A model generated the notes under the pieces. It was not told the origin of the DNA. It ran no database searches and saw nothing but the letters and a program-made list of their open reading frames with translations. A stretch of 64,000 nt of DNA, taken from positions 62,001-126,000 of the forward strand of contig CT868065.1 of assembly GCA_000165425.1 (NCBI GenBank). The letters run 5' to 3'. Positions 14,456 through 27,327 of the stretch are shown here, piece by piece. Both the position numbers and the translations under genes were made by a program. This DNA is from Paramecium tetraurelia. Its lineage: Eukaryota. Position 1 is the stretch's first letter. The number at the start of each line of letters is the position of its first letter.

Positions 14456-14493
14456 TTATCAGTTTTAAATTAATGTATATATATAATCACCAA

Positions 14494-16313
14494 TCACTAA
14501 TTTCTGGGTTTTATTTAAATTTTATCATTCATTATACTTAATCGAACAGCATCACATTCTTCTAAATTGTATGAGAAAAATATTTATAATTGATCCTTCA
14601 AAAAATTGTCTTCTATAAAATAGTCAAACTTTGTCTAACAAATTGGACATTTTATTTGATTTAGATCGATTGTCCCATTTTGATGCAAATCTATTATGCC
14701 CTAATCAAAGGGTTAAGCGTGAGTGCAATTATTACCTCTTATTGGCCTTAATATCTTCTTTTTTGATATTGGACACTATATTCACTTAAATTGTTTTACC
14801 TTCAATTAGATTGTTGTTATAGCTTATTTGCCTTTCAAGATTGATTCTTAATCATTTTTTACAATAACCTTTGTAATTAATTTATTGTTCAAATAATTTA
14901 TGAAGTCCTTTTAATTGATATTTACAAATCCAGTGGTTATTGTAATGAAATTCATCATCTTTACATCTACATAGACTTGTTCATGTAGAGCTGTATCTTT
15001 AGGTTTTTATTTCTTTGTGAATGGATTCTTGCAGAGAGGACAATGATCAATGATATTCCCAGCCATTTTTCCTTCAGCAGGGTTTTAAAATTGATACAAA
15101 ATACAACTCATATACCTTAGATCGCACGTTTGAATCTATTCGCATCTGATGCATCTACAAGGTAGCTCTATCCTCTAACCAGTAAATTAACAAAACTTAA
15201 ATTCCAATTTTTCACTCGCAATCTTGTCTAGTGAATGTTTCTAGTAAAACTCCTCTGTTTTTTCCTGATTGATAAGACTTGTGTAAATCTAATCCACTAT
15301 CTTATAGATTTTAGACTAATAATTTAAGTATTCTGATAATTTTGTAAATGATCTATACTTTATTAAATTAATATCTTGTTTCTCTTCCAAAATGTCCTCC
15401 AATTAACGTTTTTCTTTGTTGTATATGAAGGAAAATCTAAAACTGTAGGACTTTAAACAACTGTTGAATAAATCTTAATCTAAACACAAATCTTCTTCTT
15501 TAATTATTGAATTGCAATCAGGTCTTTTGCATTTAAATTATTTTTCTTTTTTATCAAAATGATGCAATAATGCTGTCAAATCATAGACTTCGAAGTGATT
15601 GCAATTCTAACTCCTGACTGGAATCATCACCTTCATAGAACTCAAAGAGCAATTGTTGTAAAACAAAAAGTTAAAATTCGCATTCCACTTTTAAACAAGC
15701 TGATAGAATTAACTTTATGGCATAATTTCCTTTTTCATCAATTTGGCAATCTATTCAAAATAAGCATTCTACAAACTTCCCATTTTCCCCTTGTGCAATG
15801 GGTAGAATGTTTTATCCACGAAGTTATACATCATATGTTATGGAAATTCCCCACACTATTTCTATTATCATGATAATTACTTTTGATCTTAACTAATTAA
15901 TCAACAAATGAGGAAAGAAGGCTTGTTCTATTTTCTCAAACTTCGTTTAAGATTTACATATAGGACATTGTAATACTTTGGCTGCCTGTTGGGTTGCATT
16001 CGAAAAGTATAATTTCAAAAATTGCTCTAAATCTATTAAAGTATCGTAATGTCTGAAGGACTTAAAACATTCTGCTAAGTAAACCTTTATTTTAGTTATT
16101 TATTAATACTGCATATTTTATTGGTTCTTTTGATAAACTACATTCAAAATTTACAGTCATCGTTTGAGTTAAATTACTAAATTTTTTTGTCCTTTCTTCG
16201 AATTCCTTTTCTATATTCGGGTATTATTCATGCGCCTTTTTTACTTCTAGAATAATAGTTGGTATCTCCATCAAAACTTAAGCAGGTTTAGGTGTATTTG
16301 CTTCGGTATTCAT
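14494..16313 (-). CDS. Protein with two tandem MIZ/SP-RING-like zinc fingers (putative SUMO E3 ligase)
   Basis: CSLSSMKVMIPVRSQNCNHFEVYDL...CKRPDC and CQFTGQRIELPCRCIRCEQIQTCDL...CPLC in the same frame. Confidence 0.75.
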
Positions 16314-16504
16314 GAATATTTATTATTTTTTTATATATTATTTATTAAAACCATTCTGAGAGAAATAAATTAAAAAGTAATTTTTTTTTTCTATCTCCTA
16401 TCTCCTGATTAATTTTAAATTTATATGTGAATAAATAATGTTATTATCTCGACTTTTAGTATTAATATTGGATTAGTAAAGATTAAATAAATATATTATT
16501 AATA

Positions 16505-16855
16505 ATGGGTACTTCTTGCTCTTGCAAATCCATGTTCTCTGAATGCACAGCTGAAATCACAAGACATCATACACTCTCTCAAAAATCTGAAAAATAAACT
16601 GATAAAGATAATTCCTTCATTCAAATTTCAGATAACACAGATAGGCATTTCATACTATAATAATATCCAGAGAGGTTTATCATAGTATATCCCTCTGATG
16701 ATGAAAATTATGAAGTTCTAAAGCAGGAGCTAATAGAGATAAATGAAAATTGCTCACTAATCATATAGGAATATAAGGACTATACTTAGAATTCAATTAA
16801 TTACCAGGAGTTATCAAGTCAACAGCCATGCTCATTCAATGACTTTAAGCTATGA
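16505..16855 (+). CDS. Small putatively N-acylated protein (MGTSCSCK)
   Basis: Uninterrupted 116-codon frame, ATG 16505 to TGA 16853-16855. Confidence 0.65.
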
Positions 16856-17282
16856 GCCTAAAGGGAATGATATTACTCTATGTTATCGATATATTAAAAT
16901 AACCAGTCAAGTAATGTCTCACTTTTATATTATATACTATTATTATTAGTACTTAAAATAAATACAAGTTTACATAAGAAATGATAACGATAATCCTTAA
17001 ATTAGATTATTTCTTTAAACAACATAAATCAGATGTTAAATTTTTTTAATGGTCAATTTAATATAAATCAATTAAAAAATTGAATTGTGTTAATCGAAGG
17101 TAAAACAGTTGAAATTAATTATCATCAAAAATTTATACACTAATTTTTTAATTAAGGCAGATCTTACAATCCATACTATTTGACTAAAGAAATGGTTTGA
17201 TTTCAATAATCAATAAAAAAATTACTTGTTTTAAATTCTATAATAATAATAGTGTTATAATTAAATTTATTGTTATTTGCTA

Positions 17283-18290
17283 ATGAAACAACTTAAAAGT
17301 TAAGCAAAAAAGAGTTATTTCGACAATTAAAAATAAAAGTCTCATTGCAGATCTTATACGTTATAATCTGATTAGGATTCAATTTTAGATAAGTTAAATA
17401 TTTCAACTGTTAAAATATTAAATGAAATGTAGTTTACAAAATCAAAGTTTGTTGAGGTGGAATCCGATTTTTAAATAAGGTAAAAATCTTATGAATTAGA
17501 AAAACAAAAAAAAATTTTGCAAATGAAAGAAGAATAATTGAGGAATGAATAAATGCAAAGTAAAGGCAAACCAAAAATCAATAAGACTCAGCAAATTTAG
17601 GAAATGATCAGCAATTATATGGAAGCATCAAAAAATAGCAAATTTGGAGATTTATTACTTAATAAAGAAAAGAATATGCAATAAGAATTAACTTCTAACA
17701 TTCGATATGAGAATTAGGGTAATCACGAAAACAATGACCCAGAAAGAATAGCTACATAAACATTGGAAAGCACCAAGATGTACAATGAGTAAAGTGTAAC
17801 TCGAAGGGCCAATTCTTACATTCCTATTCATGAAAGAGTTAAATATATTATATAAACAAAAAATGACAAAATTTAAGAATAGCAATAATAATAATAATAA
17901 GAAATAGAAGAATATTATTAAAGCCTATCATTTTAACCTTTAAGCACTAAATCATAAAACATTAAATTTTCTCAATAAGATACTGAAACCTTCGTTAGTA
18001 ATTAGCTGAAATGGAATCAATAAAGGGATAAATGGATATTTGAATAATAATTGAAAAAGGAAAATAACACACCTAAATATTCTTATAGACCAACAATAAG
18101 TCCTTTTCCTGTTCGATAGTCAAGTGTATAAAGGAAACATTCTAAATCAATTAATTTGTCATTCTTCTAGTCAACTGCACATAAGACGGAAGCTTCGCCT
18201 AAGAAAATTTAAAAGTAGTAATTTGTCTTCTAGACCGACTTAAGGATAGCAAAAAGAAGGGAAAAGGAATAAAAGAAATTTCAAAAGTGA
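17283..18290 (+). CDS. Hypothetical Q/K-rich coiled-coil protein
   Basis: MKQLKSQAKKSYFDNQ...PIHERVKYII...; ATG and TGA 18288-18290 in frame. Confidence 0.7.
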
Positions 18291-20243
18291 TCAAAATTTC
18301 TAAAACTTTTTTTTATGTGATTTATTTTTAATTTTATAAATACTTTTAATTTGTGATAATAAACATTAATCATAAAAATTAATATATAGCTTCAATTTAT
18401 TATTTTAAATAATATATACTTCATTTATTAATTCATCTCAAGATGGGTTTTTGATAATTATTATGTTGATTTTTAACAGTATAACAAATAAATTAAAGTA
18501 TATGCATAAATCGATGAATTAATTTTATTTATTATTTAGTCATAGCAATTATAAATTTAATATCGAGCTCACTATGAAATTTAATGTCTAATTTAAAAAT
18601 GATTAATTTTATTACTTACCTTTATGTTATATAGATAATTATTGATACATTCTAGATGCTTTGTCTAATATCTTATTTATTAAGTTAGATCTTTTTATGA
18701 GTATTTTGTTGCTTTGATAAATGTTCTGAAATGGCAATTCATTTCAGGTTCCTATCTAATCTTTATTTAAGATTAGATATTTAGTTTTTAAAGACTATAA
18801 ACTATATACATTGTATTTTAGGTTTTATAAAAGAATGAAGAAAATAATTTTAAGAGCAGGTAACTAGTTCACTAATTAAAAATCTAATTATATTTAAATA
18901 TTTAATAGTGGAGTCATTACGAATTCATGATTACGAGTGGTTTGGAGTGAAAGTAAGCGGTATTCAAATTAATTTTTTCCAAGAATCTTCTTTACATAAT
19001 AGAGCTGTGGCCTAATGAATTATAATAAATATCATTACCTATTCCGTTCATTAATTTTACACTTCCTTTTTAATTAAATTTTCCAGGTCCGTGATGCAAT
19101 ATACTTGCAATGTAGTTACTCTTGTTAATGTAGTGTCTATATGGTAGGTCTAAACTTTATTTCTAACCTTGTCTATATTAATAGTCTGCATTATCTTGTA
19201 CAAAAGAGACTTTCTTATTTTTAGAATGAATGTTGTGACAAATGATGAGTCCCATCGATTTATTGGCTAAAATTATCTTATTTAATTGAATCATTTTATA
19301 GAAGCATTTTATATGGTTATTAATGTAAGTTTAATAAGTATGTGAAAATAAATCTTATTTAAAATAAAATGGATTTATAATTGAAACACTCTATCCAAAT
19401 TAAATTGTATTATAATCAAACCCCCACATTCTTTGGGACCTCCATCACCTCTATAGGTTGTGATCAGTGATTACATGAATAAGTAAAATAACAATTTGAT
19501 GATGATCCGTAATGAATTTCAATTCACATGAGGCCTCCTATTATTTGAATTATTCATATTTGATCCAAATAAATAGACAAATATTAATCTAAAATCATTT
19601 CCAAAAGTTCTCCTTTGCCATTTTTAAAAATCCAAAATTTCTTGGAAAACTAACGAATCTTATGCCAAATGCATTTATCTAGGTTCATTATTATTACTGG
19701 ATAAATGAAAATATAGTTCATTATATATTTGATCAAAATAAACCATTGTTTTATTCTTAGATTAATATAAAATATCATCAATAATATGTGTTATCATTAA
19801 AAACACGGACTATCCATCTTTGCTCTTGACTATTGGTTTCTGGATATTTCCATATCGAAAAGAACTCAACCTCCTTAAAATTTTTGTTTAGACTGGATAG
19901 AGAATTAATTTATATATATTTTGATTTCTCTTCATGGCCTTAAGAATTGAGTTGGAATATTATATTATTTATGGTTTGTAATCAACCTCCATTTTATATT
20001 GTTGACTAGTTTTGTACAACAAAAACAAATACAATAAAAGAAGATATTCCTAAACAATTCTAATTATATTAATTATTATTGAGGAATGGTATAAAAAAGT
20101 TATTAAAAGAGAAGATTTTCTATTTATATTATAGGTTCAAGTTTAAAGAGAATTTATAAAGTCTTAAGTTCGACTATGATAATGAGAATTAGATTTAATA
20201 TGATGTTAAATCAGTTATTCATAAATAAAAAATAAAAAATTAA

Positions 20244-22215
20244 ATGTTAAATCCAACTAATGCTAATAAGCTTTCAACCTCTTCTTAGGCTCTTTCTAAG
20301 TCGGTTCATTTTTCCCTTGGTAACTCACAAGCACCTGTGAATTTTAGTGATATGAAGGCGGTTTCTGGTATTTCGAAATCAGCAATCGATCATCCATAGG
20401 TGGGATAAGTTACAGGAATTGATTGTGGAATTCACATGAAATAATTAAAAGGATTTTGTATAGAATAGAAATGCATTCATGAAAGAAGAAAATTATGTGT
20501 TGGGTATTCGATAAACTCATGTATGTTAGATGTTTGTGGGCACATACTTGTGTTCATAAAGTATAAGTGCCTGAATTTGTTAAATTGTTGACTGACAAAT
20601 TAGCAATAGCAGAGTTTGACTTTTTTGATAAGGTTCTGAAAGTTGTTAAGAAAGATCATTTATAAAATGAAATAGATGAAATGTTCTTGAAAATAAAAAT
20701 GGATTTCGATAATCATCTTAATGATTTATATTCCTAGTTTATGTACTGGACAAAGCATGGAATGGGAGAAGTAATCAAGAAAGGCTTTTTGGCTGATTTT
20801 TTATTGGATGATAATGTAATTGAACAAATCATGGACTTGGTATTAAAGGGAAGAGGTATAGTATTTAGTCAATACATTAGCAATGGAAGCTGAAGATGAA
20901 ACAATATAAACATGTGTAGAATTGATTAATGCAGATCCATAGGAAATTAAATTGTTACCATAATAATTGTAAACTACTCTTGTAGAATGTGAAGAAGTTA
21001 TTCGTTAAACGTTGCATTAACTAGAACAAAGCTTAATAACATTTAAATAAACTCCATTTGATTTTAAGCATGTGAAAGTAAAAATGATTATCAATAATTC
21101 TAAGGAAGGTGTAGAGATACCAAGATTGAGGATTCCAGGAACTTAGGGCAATATTTAAGGTGGAGGAGGTTTCGGATTTGGTGGTGGATTTAGCTAAATC
21201 CCACAAACTAATTTCATTGGAACTGCAAGTCAATTACCAAGAACCAGTGTACCACCAACTACTACTCATTTTCAGAATAGATTTGCCTCTGGTTTGGCAT
21301 CATAATTAAATGCCAAGTTATTTATTGATGCAAGAGACTTACATTAAAGTTAGGTGTGGGCTGTTTGTAAGATTAGTCCATAAGTCATTGCTACAGGAGA
21401 CTGGCAAGGTAATATAAAGATAATTGGATTGACAATGGAAGGATAATATTAATTCATGTAGTCCTTGAATCATGGAAAGAACGTTTATTCTTTATTATTA
21501 TCAGATACAACAACTCTTATTTCAGCTGGGTAAAATCAAAAAGATGAATGGACTATTAAGATTTGGGATTTAGAGAGATCATAATTGATTAAGGAATTGA
21601 AAGGGCATATAAATTACATATTTTCATTGACTCAACCTGTTCCAGGGACATTAGTGTCATGTTCATATGATGAAACTGTGAGAGTTTGGAATTTATAGAA
21701 TGGATAATGTATAAAAGTGTTCAAGGAATTCAAGACATCTTTTAATGATTTGCTATCTTGGAATCAAGAAGAAGTTATTTGTTGTTCTGACGATAAGGCT
21801 ATAAGACTATTGAATATTTAGACCGGAGAAATGAAAATGTAATTGTTTGATTCTTGTTTTGTAAATGGAATAGCCAGAGTATCTTAAAATGAAATAGCTG
21901 TTGGTAATTTTAAAGGAGAAATCTTGATCATAAATGTGACTGAGTAAAAGATTGTGAGAAGAATGGGTTCGCATAAGAGTTTTGTATGGAGAATTAAAGT
22001 ATTTAATTGTATAATTGTAGATGATAGATAAAGATTTGATTGCTTCTGCTTCATTTGATAAAACAATTAAGATTTGGGAATGGTAGAGTGGACAATTGGT
22101 TGCCAGTTTAGAAGGACATTAAGATATTGTTAGATCTATTGAACTTATCGAAGAGATTGGATTTTTAGTAAGCACTAGTGATGATAAATCTATTAAAGTT
22201 TGGAGATTAATTTGA
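20244..22215 (+). CDS. B-box-like Zn module, coiled coil and C-terminal WD40 repeats
   Basis: CGIH...GFCIEQKC...CVGCLWAHTCVH; WD repeats LKGHINYIFSL...SCSYDETVRVWN and LEGHQDIVRSI...STSDDKSIKVWR. Confidence 0.88.
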
Positions 22216-22272
22216 ATATATTAAAATAAAAAATAATATATTTTATATTTAAATATTTATATATATAACTTA

Positions 22273-23109
22273 TCAACTAAAGATATTTTCTAAAAATGTC
22301 TTCTTTTTCTCTTATGGTTATTTCTAAATTTACACTGGTTTAGATGGGGGAGACTAAGACATAAATTATATTTAAGTACAAATCTTCTTGGTTGACTGAC
22401 AGGTCTGCCTTAATATGGTGCGTGATTATACACTGGGGCAACTCTTGATGGAACATAGCTTGGTTGAACATATGATTAAGCAACATATGGTTATGCAACT
22501 GGAGAAACATATTATGGAACAGGTGCAACATATTAAGGAACTTATTGCACAACAGATTAAACGACGGGTTGAGCAACAACTTATTATTAGTGAACCACTT
22601 ATCTCTCAACTGGATAATATTCTACTCTATCTTGAAATCTGTCCACAGGAACATATTCTATTGTTGTTATTTCATATTTATACCTGTAACCTTATCATAA
22701 AATACTTAAGGGATATATTCTGTCTAATATTCCACAGCTTAATATTCAGTGACGTATTTCTCTCTTGGTACTTAGATTCTTTGTCTCACCTCTTCATATT
22801 CAATAACAGATTTCTCATATGGGATATATCTATAAAATATTTGAATTTTGATTCTTACTCAATTCTGCTTTCACCCTTTATCACTTATTAAGCTGGTTGG
22901 ACAGCAACTGGTTATACAATTGGTTGAACTGCCACTGGTTAAGGAACATATTAGACAGGAGCAGCAACAACAGATTATTAAATAGGGTAGTATGATGGAC
23001 TAGCAAATTGCACTGGTGGGGCATATGTTCTTGGTGGTGAATATGCTAATGGCTAATGAGGGGCATTTTAAACTGGTTGAGGAGGTCTTTAAGAAGGATG
23101 ATTGCTCAT
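22273..23109 (-). CDS. EPI: Epiplasmin (membrane-skeleton protein)
   Basis: P/V/Q/Y-rich arms around the conserved core VIKGESRIEYIPYEKSVIEYEEVRQRIQVPREKYVTEYQAVEYQTEYIPQV...VEYYPVERQVV; three short introns. Confidence 0.92.
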
Positions 23110-23382
23110 ATTTTGAATATTAATATTAATTATTTAAAATGTCATCGTTAATCAATTATAACTATGCTCTTTTAATTCATATTATTATACATATCTATCT
23201 TTACATTTTTTATTTCAATCTTATTATTACAATAGATTAAAATGTATTATTTACGAATTAAATCACTCCTTAATATTTTATTGATAGTCAGTTATTAATT
23301 ATTTTATTTGTATATTAATATTTAATAGAATTACAAATAAAAATTATTAAGCATTCTTAGATTAGCATTATATTTTAATTGT

Positions 23383-25305
23383 ATGTCTGCTTTAAGAGTG
23401 GTCTTGTTAGGAGTTTTAGGACATGGAAAAACATACCTATTTAATAAAATAACCAATGCAAATGAAGCTGTAATTTATGGAGGAAAGTCAGTAACAAAAT
23501 AAATTGTGATTGGTTAAGCTGCACATGGAGAATTTGAAGTTGTTGATACACCTGGATTCGATGCATCGGAGGATAAATTATTACACGCTGCTGGTGTAAT
23601 TGCAGCATTGGCATAGGGAGATGTCAACAGAATTCTGATTGTTGTCAAATGTGAAAGAACAGACATCATGATAAAAAATATCAAAAAAGTCATTGGATCA
23701 ATTTAAAGATACAAAGATTTAATCACGATTGTTGTAACTTATTGGGACGAATAATAAAGAAACATACGACATCGTTATAAAAGTTAGGAATCCTAATAAC
23801 AACAAGAATTAGAAGCAAAATATTAAATAGAAACAGCAATTAAAAACAATTTTAATATCTCTTCAGTAATAATTTCTTCATTTGAAGATGATCCTATTAT
23901 TATCACAGAAAAAATAACTAAGATTATTCTTTTATCTCGATTTACTAAAATTCACTTACAAGAATCAGAAATCTATAGTCAATTTGACTTAATAAGCGTA
24001 AGTGAAGAATCTGAAATGGAATTTAATAAATCAATTTCTTAAATTAGGAGTAGTTTTAGAAAAATCTCAAAATTATTTTTAATGTACATAGAAACTTAGT
24101 AACTAAATGAAAATTATTTGATTGACAAATTGCATTACTTATCACTATCTATTAAAAGCATTGCAAATGAATTTATTGAAAAATTTGAAAGGCAATATGG
24201 AGATTATATGAATGAAACCTATGATACAGATGGCATAAATGTAAGATACCTACATCATATTTATCTGAAAAAGGAACTTCGATTGGATCTTGAATAAGTT
24301 ATTAAAAAAGCATAATCTAAAATGAAAGAATCTTAAATTCACTGTTTTAATTGGATTAAATAGTGTCCTTATTGTGGATTAGTCTGGATAAAAGTTGTTG
24401 GTTGTGATAATGAAACTACATGTGGAAATAGGGTAGATTCTTATTTTGACGATCTGCTGGTAAGAACTTAAAATGAAAAGCGTTTCAAAATAATAGTAAA
24501 TAATGATTCTGTTGATATTGAGATATTGGATGAATAAAAAAGTGAAAAAAAATTAGTAATTTAATAAGATCTAAATATATATTAAATATTGTTCAATTCT
24601 ATAAAGGACAATCCTGTATTAAGTAAGAATTTTAAAATTTACTATTCATTTTTTAATTCAGATTCAGATTCGGATTTAGAATAGTTAAAAGTTGAATTGG
24701 TTATTTCTATTTTAGGTTTATAAAGAGTTGACTACTATATTAAAAATATATATGAAGTAGATCAAGAAATGATGATTAATGAGTTCAAATTTCTACTTAG
24801 AGAATCTGGATGGTTCTAATCTGATTTTCCAAACTTGAATTTTTATAAGTAAAAATCATTAGGATGTGGGAATGTAATTGTGTGGAAAGATTTAGCTCCT
24901 CTGAGTGGACCACTTTTATAAGAATTACTATCACCTGAATTGCTTGATTATTTCAATGATCAGGAATAATTATTAAAAGATGAAGCTGACGATATTGCAA
25001 AAGAGTTGGAAAGGACCTATAAAAATCTTATGAATTAAGCAATTACTGAATAATTGAAGAATATAAAAGTAATCCCAAAGCTATTAAATATCATGGAAAC
25101 TTTAGACGATACAGTAAAACAAAAATAGGAACAATATAACTAAAATCTTTAGTAAAATTTTTAAAATCATATTGAAAAAACAAAGATTGAACAATAAAAT
25201 GTTAAAAGAAGATACAGCATTAAAATGAGTATAGATGATAATTTTAATTCAGATACTGAAAATGCTGATAGTTCTCGAATAGAAGTGCCTAAGGATAATC
25301 ATTGA
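23383..25305 (+). CDS. AIG1/GIMAP-like GTPase with split Rcat(RING2)-like Cys domain, copy 1 (640 aa)
   Basis: G1 GVLGHGKT, GGKSVT, G3 DTPG, G4 TYWD; KQCPYCGLVWIKVVGCDNETTCGNR...GCGNVIVW; single frame. Confidence 0.9.
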
Positions 25306-25473
25306 TTACTTTTTGACTTTGCTCGGAATAATCATTTTTAATTAAACTTTAATGATCTGAGTTTATTTTAAATATATTATAAAATTAACTTTCTTAATAG
25401 AAAAATCTTATTCTATTAGAAAGCTACTATCGATATTCATATATATATTGATTTAGAAATAGAAATAGAAATA

Positions 25474-27177
25474 ATGAAAAAATTTAGAATTGCTCTCTTA
25501 GGGTCGATAGGAGCGGGTAAAACTGCTTTTTTTAATCGCATTACATCTTCTAATGAACCTGAAATTTCAGGAGGCCCATCAGTAACAAAAAATGTTGTAG
25601 TTGGATAAGCAACAATAGGTGAGTTTGAAGTAGTAGACACCCCAGGTTTTGAAAGTGAAAGTGACAAATTAGTACATGCTGCTGGTGTTATTGCAGCATT
25701 AACTTTAGGAGATGTTAATCGAATCCTTATATTTGTAAAGTTTGATCGAGATGATAGAATGATTAGTTCAATTCGACAAGTATTGTCTCCGATTAAGAGA
25801 TATAAAGATATCGTAACAATTTTAGTTTCTCATTTCGATCATTCAAGGAATATTGCTGATGATTAAGATCGCTTTTCATAGAGAATAAAATAAGAGTTTA
25901 ATATAGACTCAATTTTATTTTATTCCATCTTATCATTTGACAATAATGATATTTCAATGAAAATCATTAACATCCTAAATTAATCAGATTAGAAATCAAT
26001 TTTATTACAAGATTCAGAAATATTTAGTTAATTTGATTTTATGCAATTAGATGATTACAATTAGACAAAATTAGAAAAGAATTAATCAGCTATTCTACGT
26101 CAATTTAGAAAAACTGCAAGAATATATAAATCATTTATTGAGTCAATAGATTTGAATGACCCTCTACTTATTGATATTTTACATGAATTAACAAAGGATA
26201 TTAAAGCTGAAGCAAATAGGCATGTTGAAGAATTTGAGATTTTGCATGGAGATGAATTAAACGAATTCTTTGATGTATAAGGTGTTAACATTCGATATCT
26301 GCATCATATTTATTTAAAAAAATAAATTTGGTTGGATTTAAATAATGTGATTAAATTAGCCCAAACGACAATGACAAAATGCCAAATTCATATATATCAT
26401 TTCATAAAATTATGTCCATATTGTAAATAACCTTGGATGAAGGTGTTTGGTTGCGATGGAGAAACTAAATGTGGAAATAGAATTCTCCCTTTTGAATAAG
26501 ATGAAATTATTGGTCAAGCATCAGCACCGAAGAAATTTGAAATCAAAATTATAGATAATCAATTATAAGTTGATATTGTCCGTCCTACTAGCTAATAATA
26601 TTCAACTGTAAAGGAGGAAATAAGCTCAAAGTTTAATTAAATATATAAATACTTTAAAAATGATATACATTTTTAGAAACATTTAGGATAGAATTTTACT
26701 AAAACAGACTTATGGAATTTAATGAACTAGAAATTTGGAAATCGTTTAGATGATATTTGTTAAAGGATTAATGATGAGAATAAAGGAAAGCAATTATAAT
26801 AACTCAGAATTTATTTTTATAGTTTTTTTAAAGTTGAAAATGCAGATGATAATTCAAATAAATCGATTGGATGCGGAAGGAAATTTAATTGGTCAGAACA
26901 ACCTCCTTTGAGTGGGCCTGAATTAAATGAATTACTTTCACAAGATTTGATTGATTTTTTTAATAGGGATTAAGAAAAATTATTAAAAGATGAAGCATAT
27001 TTTTTAGAACTTTCATATAAAAAGTTAGTAAAAGATGCCATTGAAGAACAAAAAAAAACTACAAAAATATTATCATCTCAATTTTCCTCACAACAGGAGA
27101 TTAAAGCAAATAACATCTAGTCTAATGTTGCATCAGCCAATAAAGAATATAATTATTTTAAAACTAAAATCTATTGA
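25474..27177 (+). CDS. AIG1/GIMAP-like GTPase with split Rcat-like domain, copy 2 (567 aa)
   Basis: GSIGAGKT, GGPSVT, DTPG, SHFD; KLCPYCKQPWMKVFGCDGETKCGNR...GCGRKFNW. Confidence 0.9.
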
Positions 27178-27327
27178 ATGACCTTTATATCTTATATAAT
27201 TTTAGCATAATTGTTAGTATAATTATTTTGTTATAAATTTTCATTCTTTTTTTAGGAATCAAACAAATGTTGATATATATGTTGAATAAAATTTTAATAG
27301 AATTAATAAAAGCTAATTAAGGAATTT

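Noticed and set aside
22415..22891. 158-aa plus-strand ORF in the track
   Set aside because: Antisense shadow of the repetitive epiplasmin gene
25455..25473. Short AGAAAT x3 repeat upstream of GTPase copy 2
   Set aside because: Too short and low-complexity; absent upstream of copies 1 and 3
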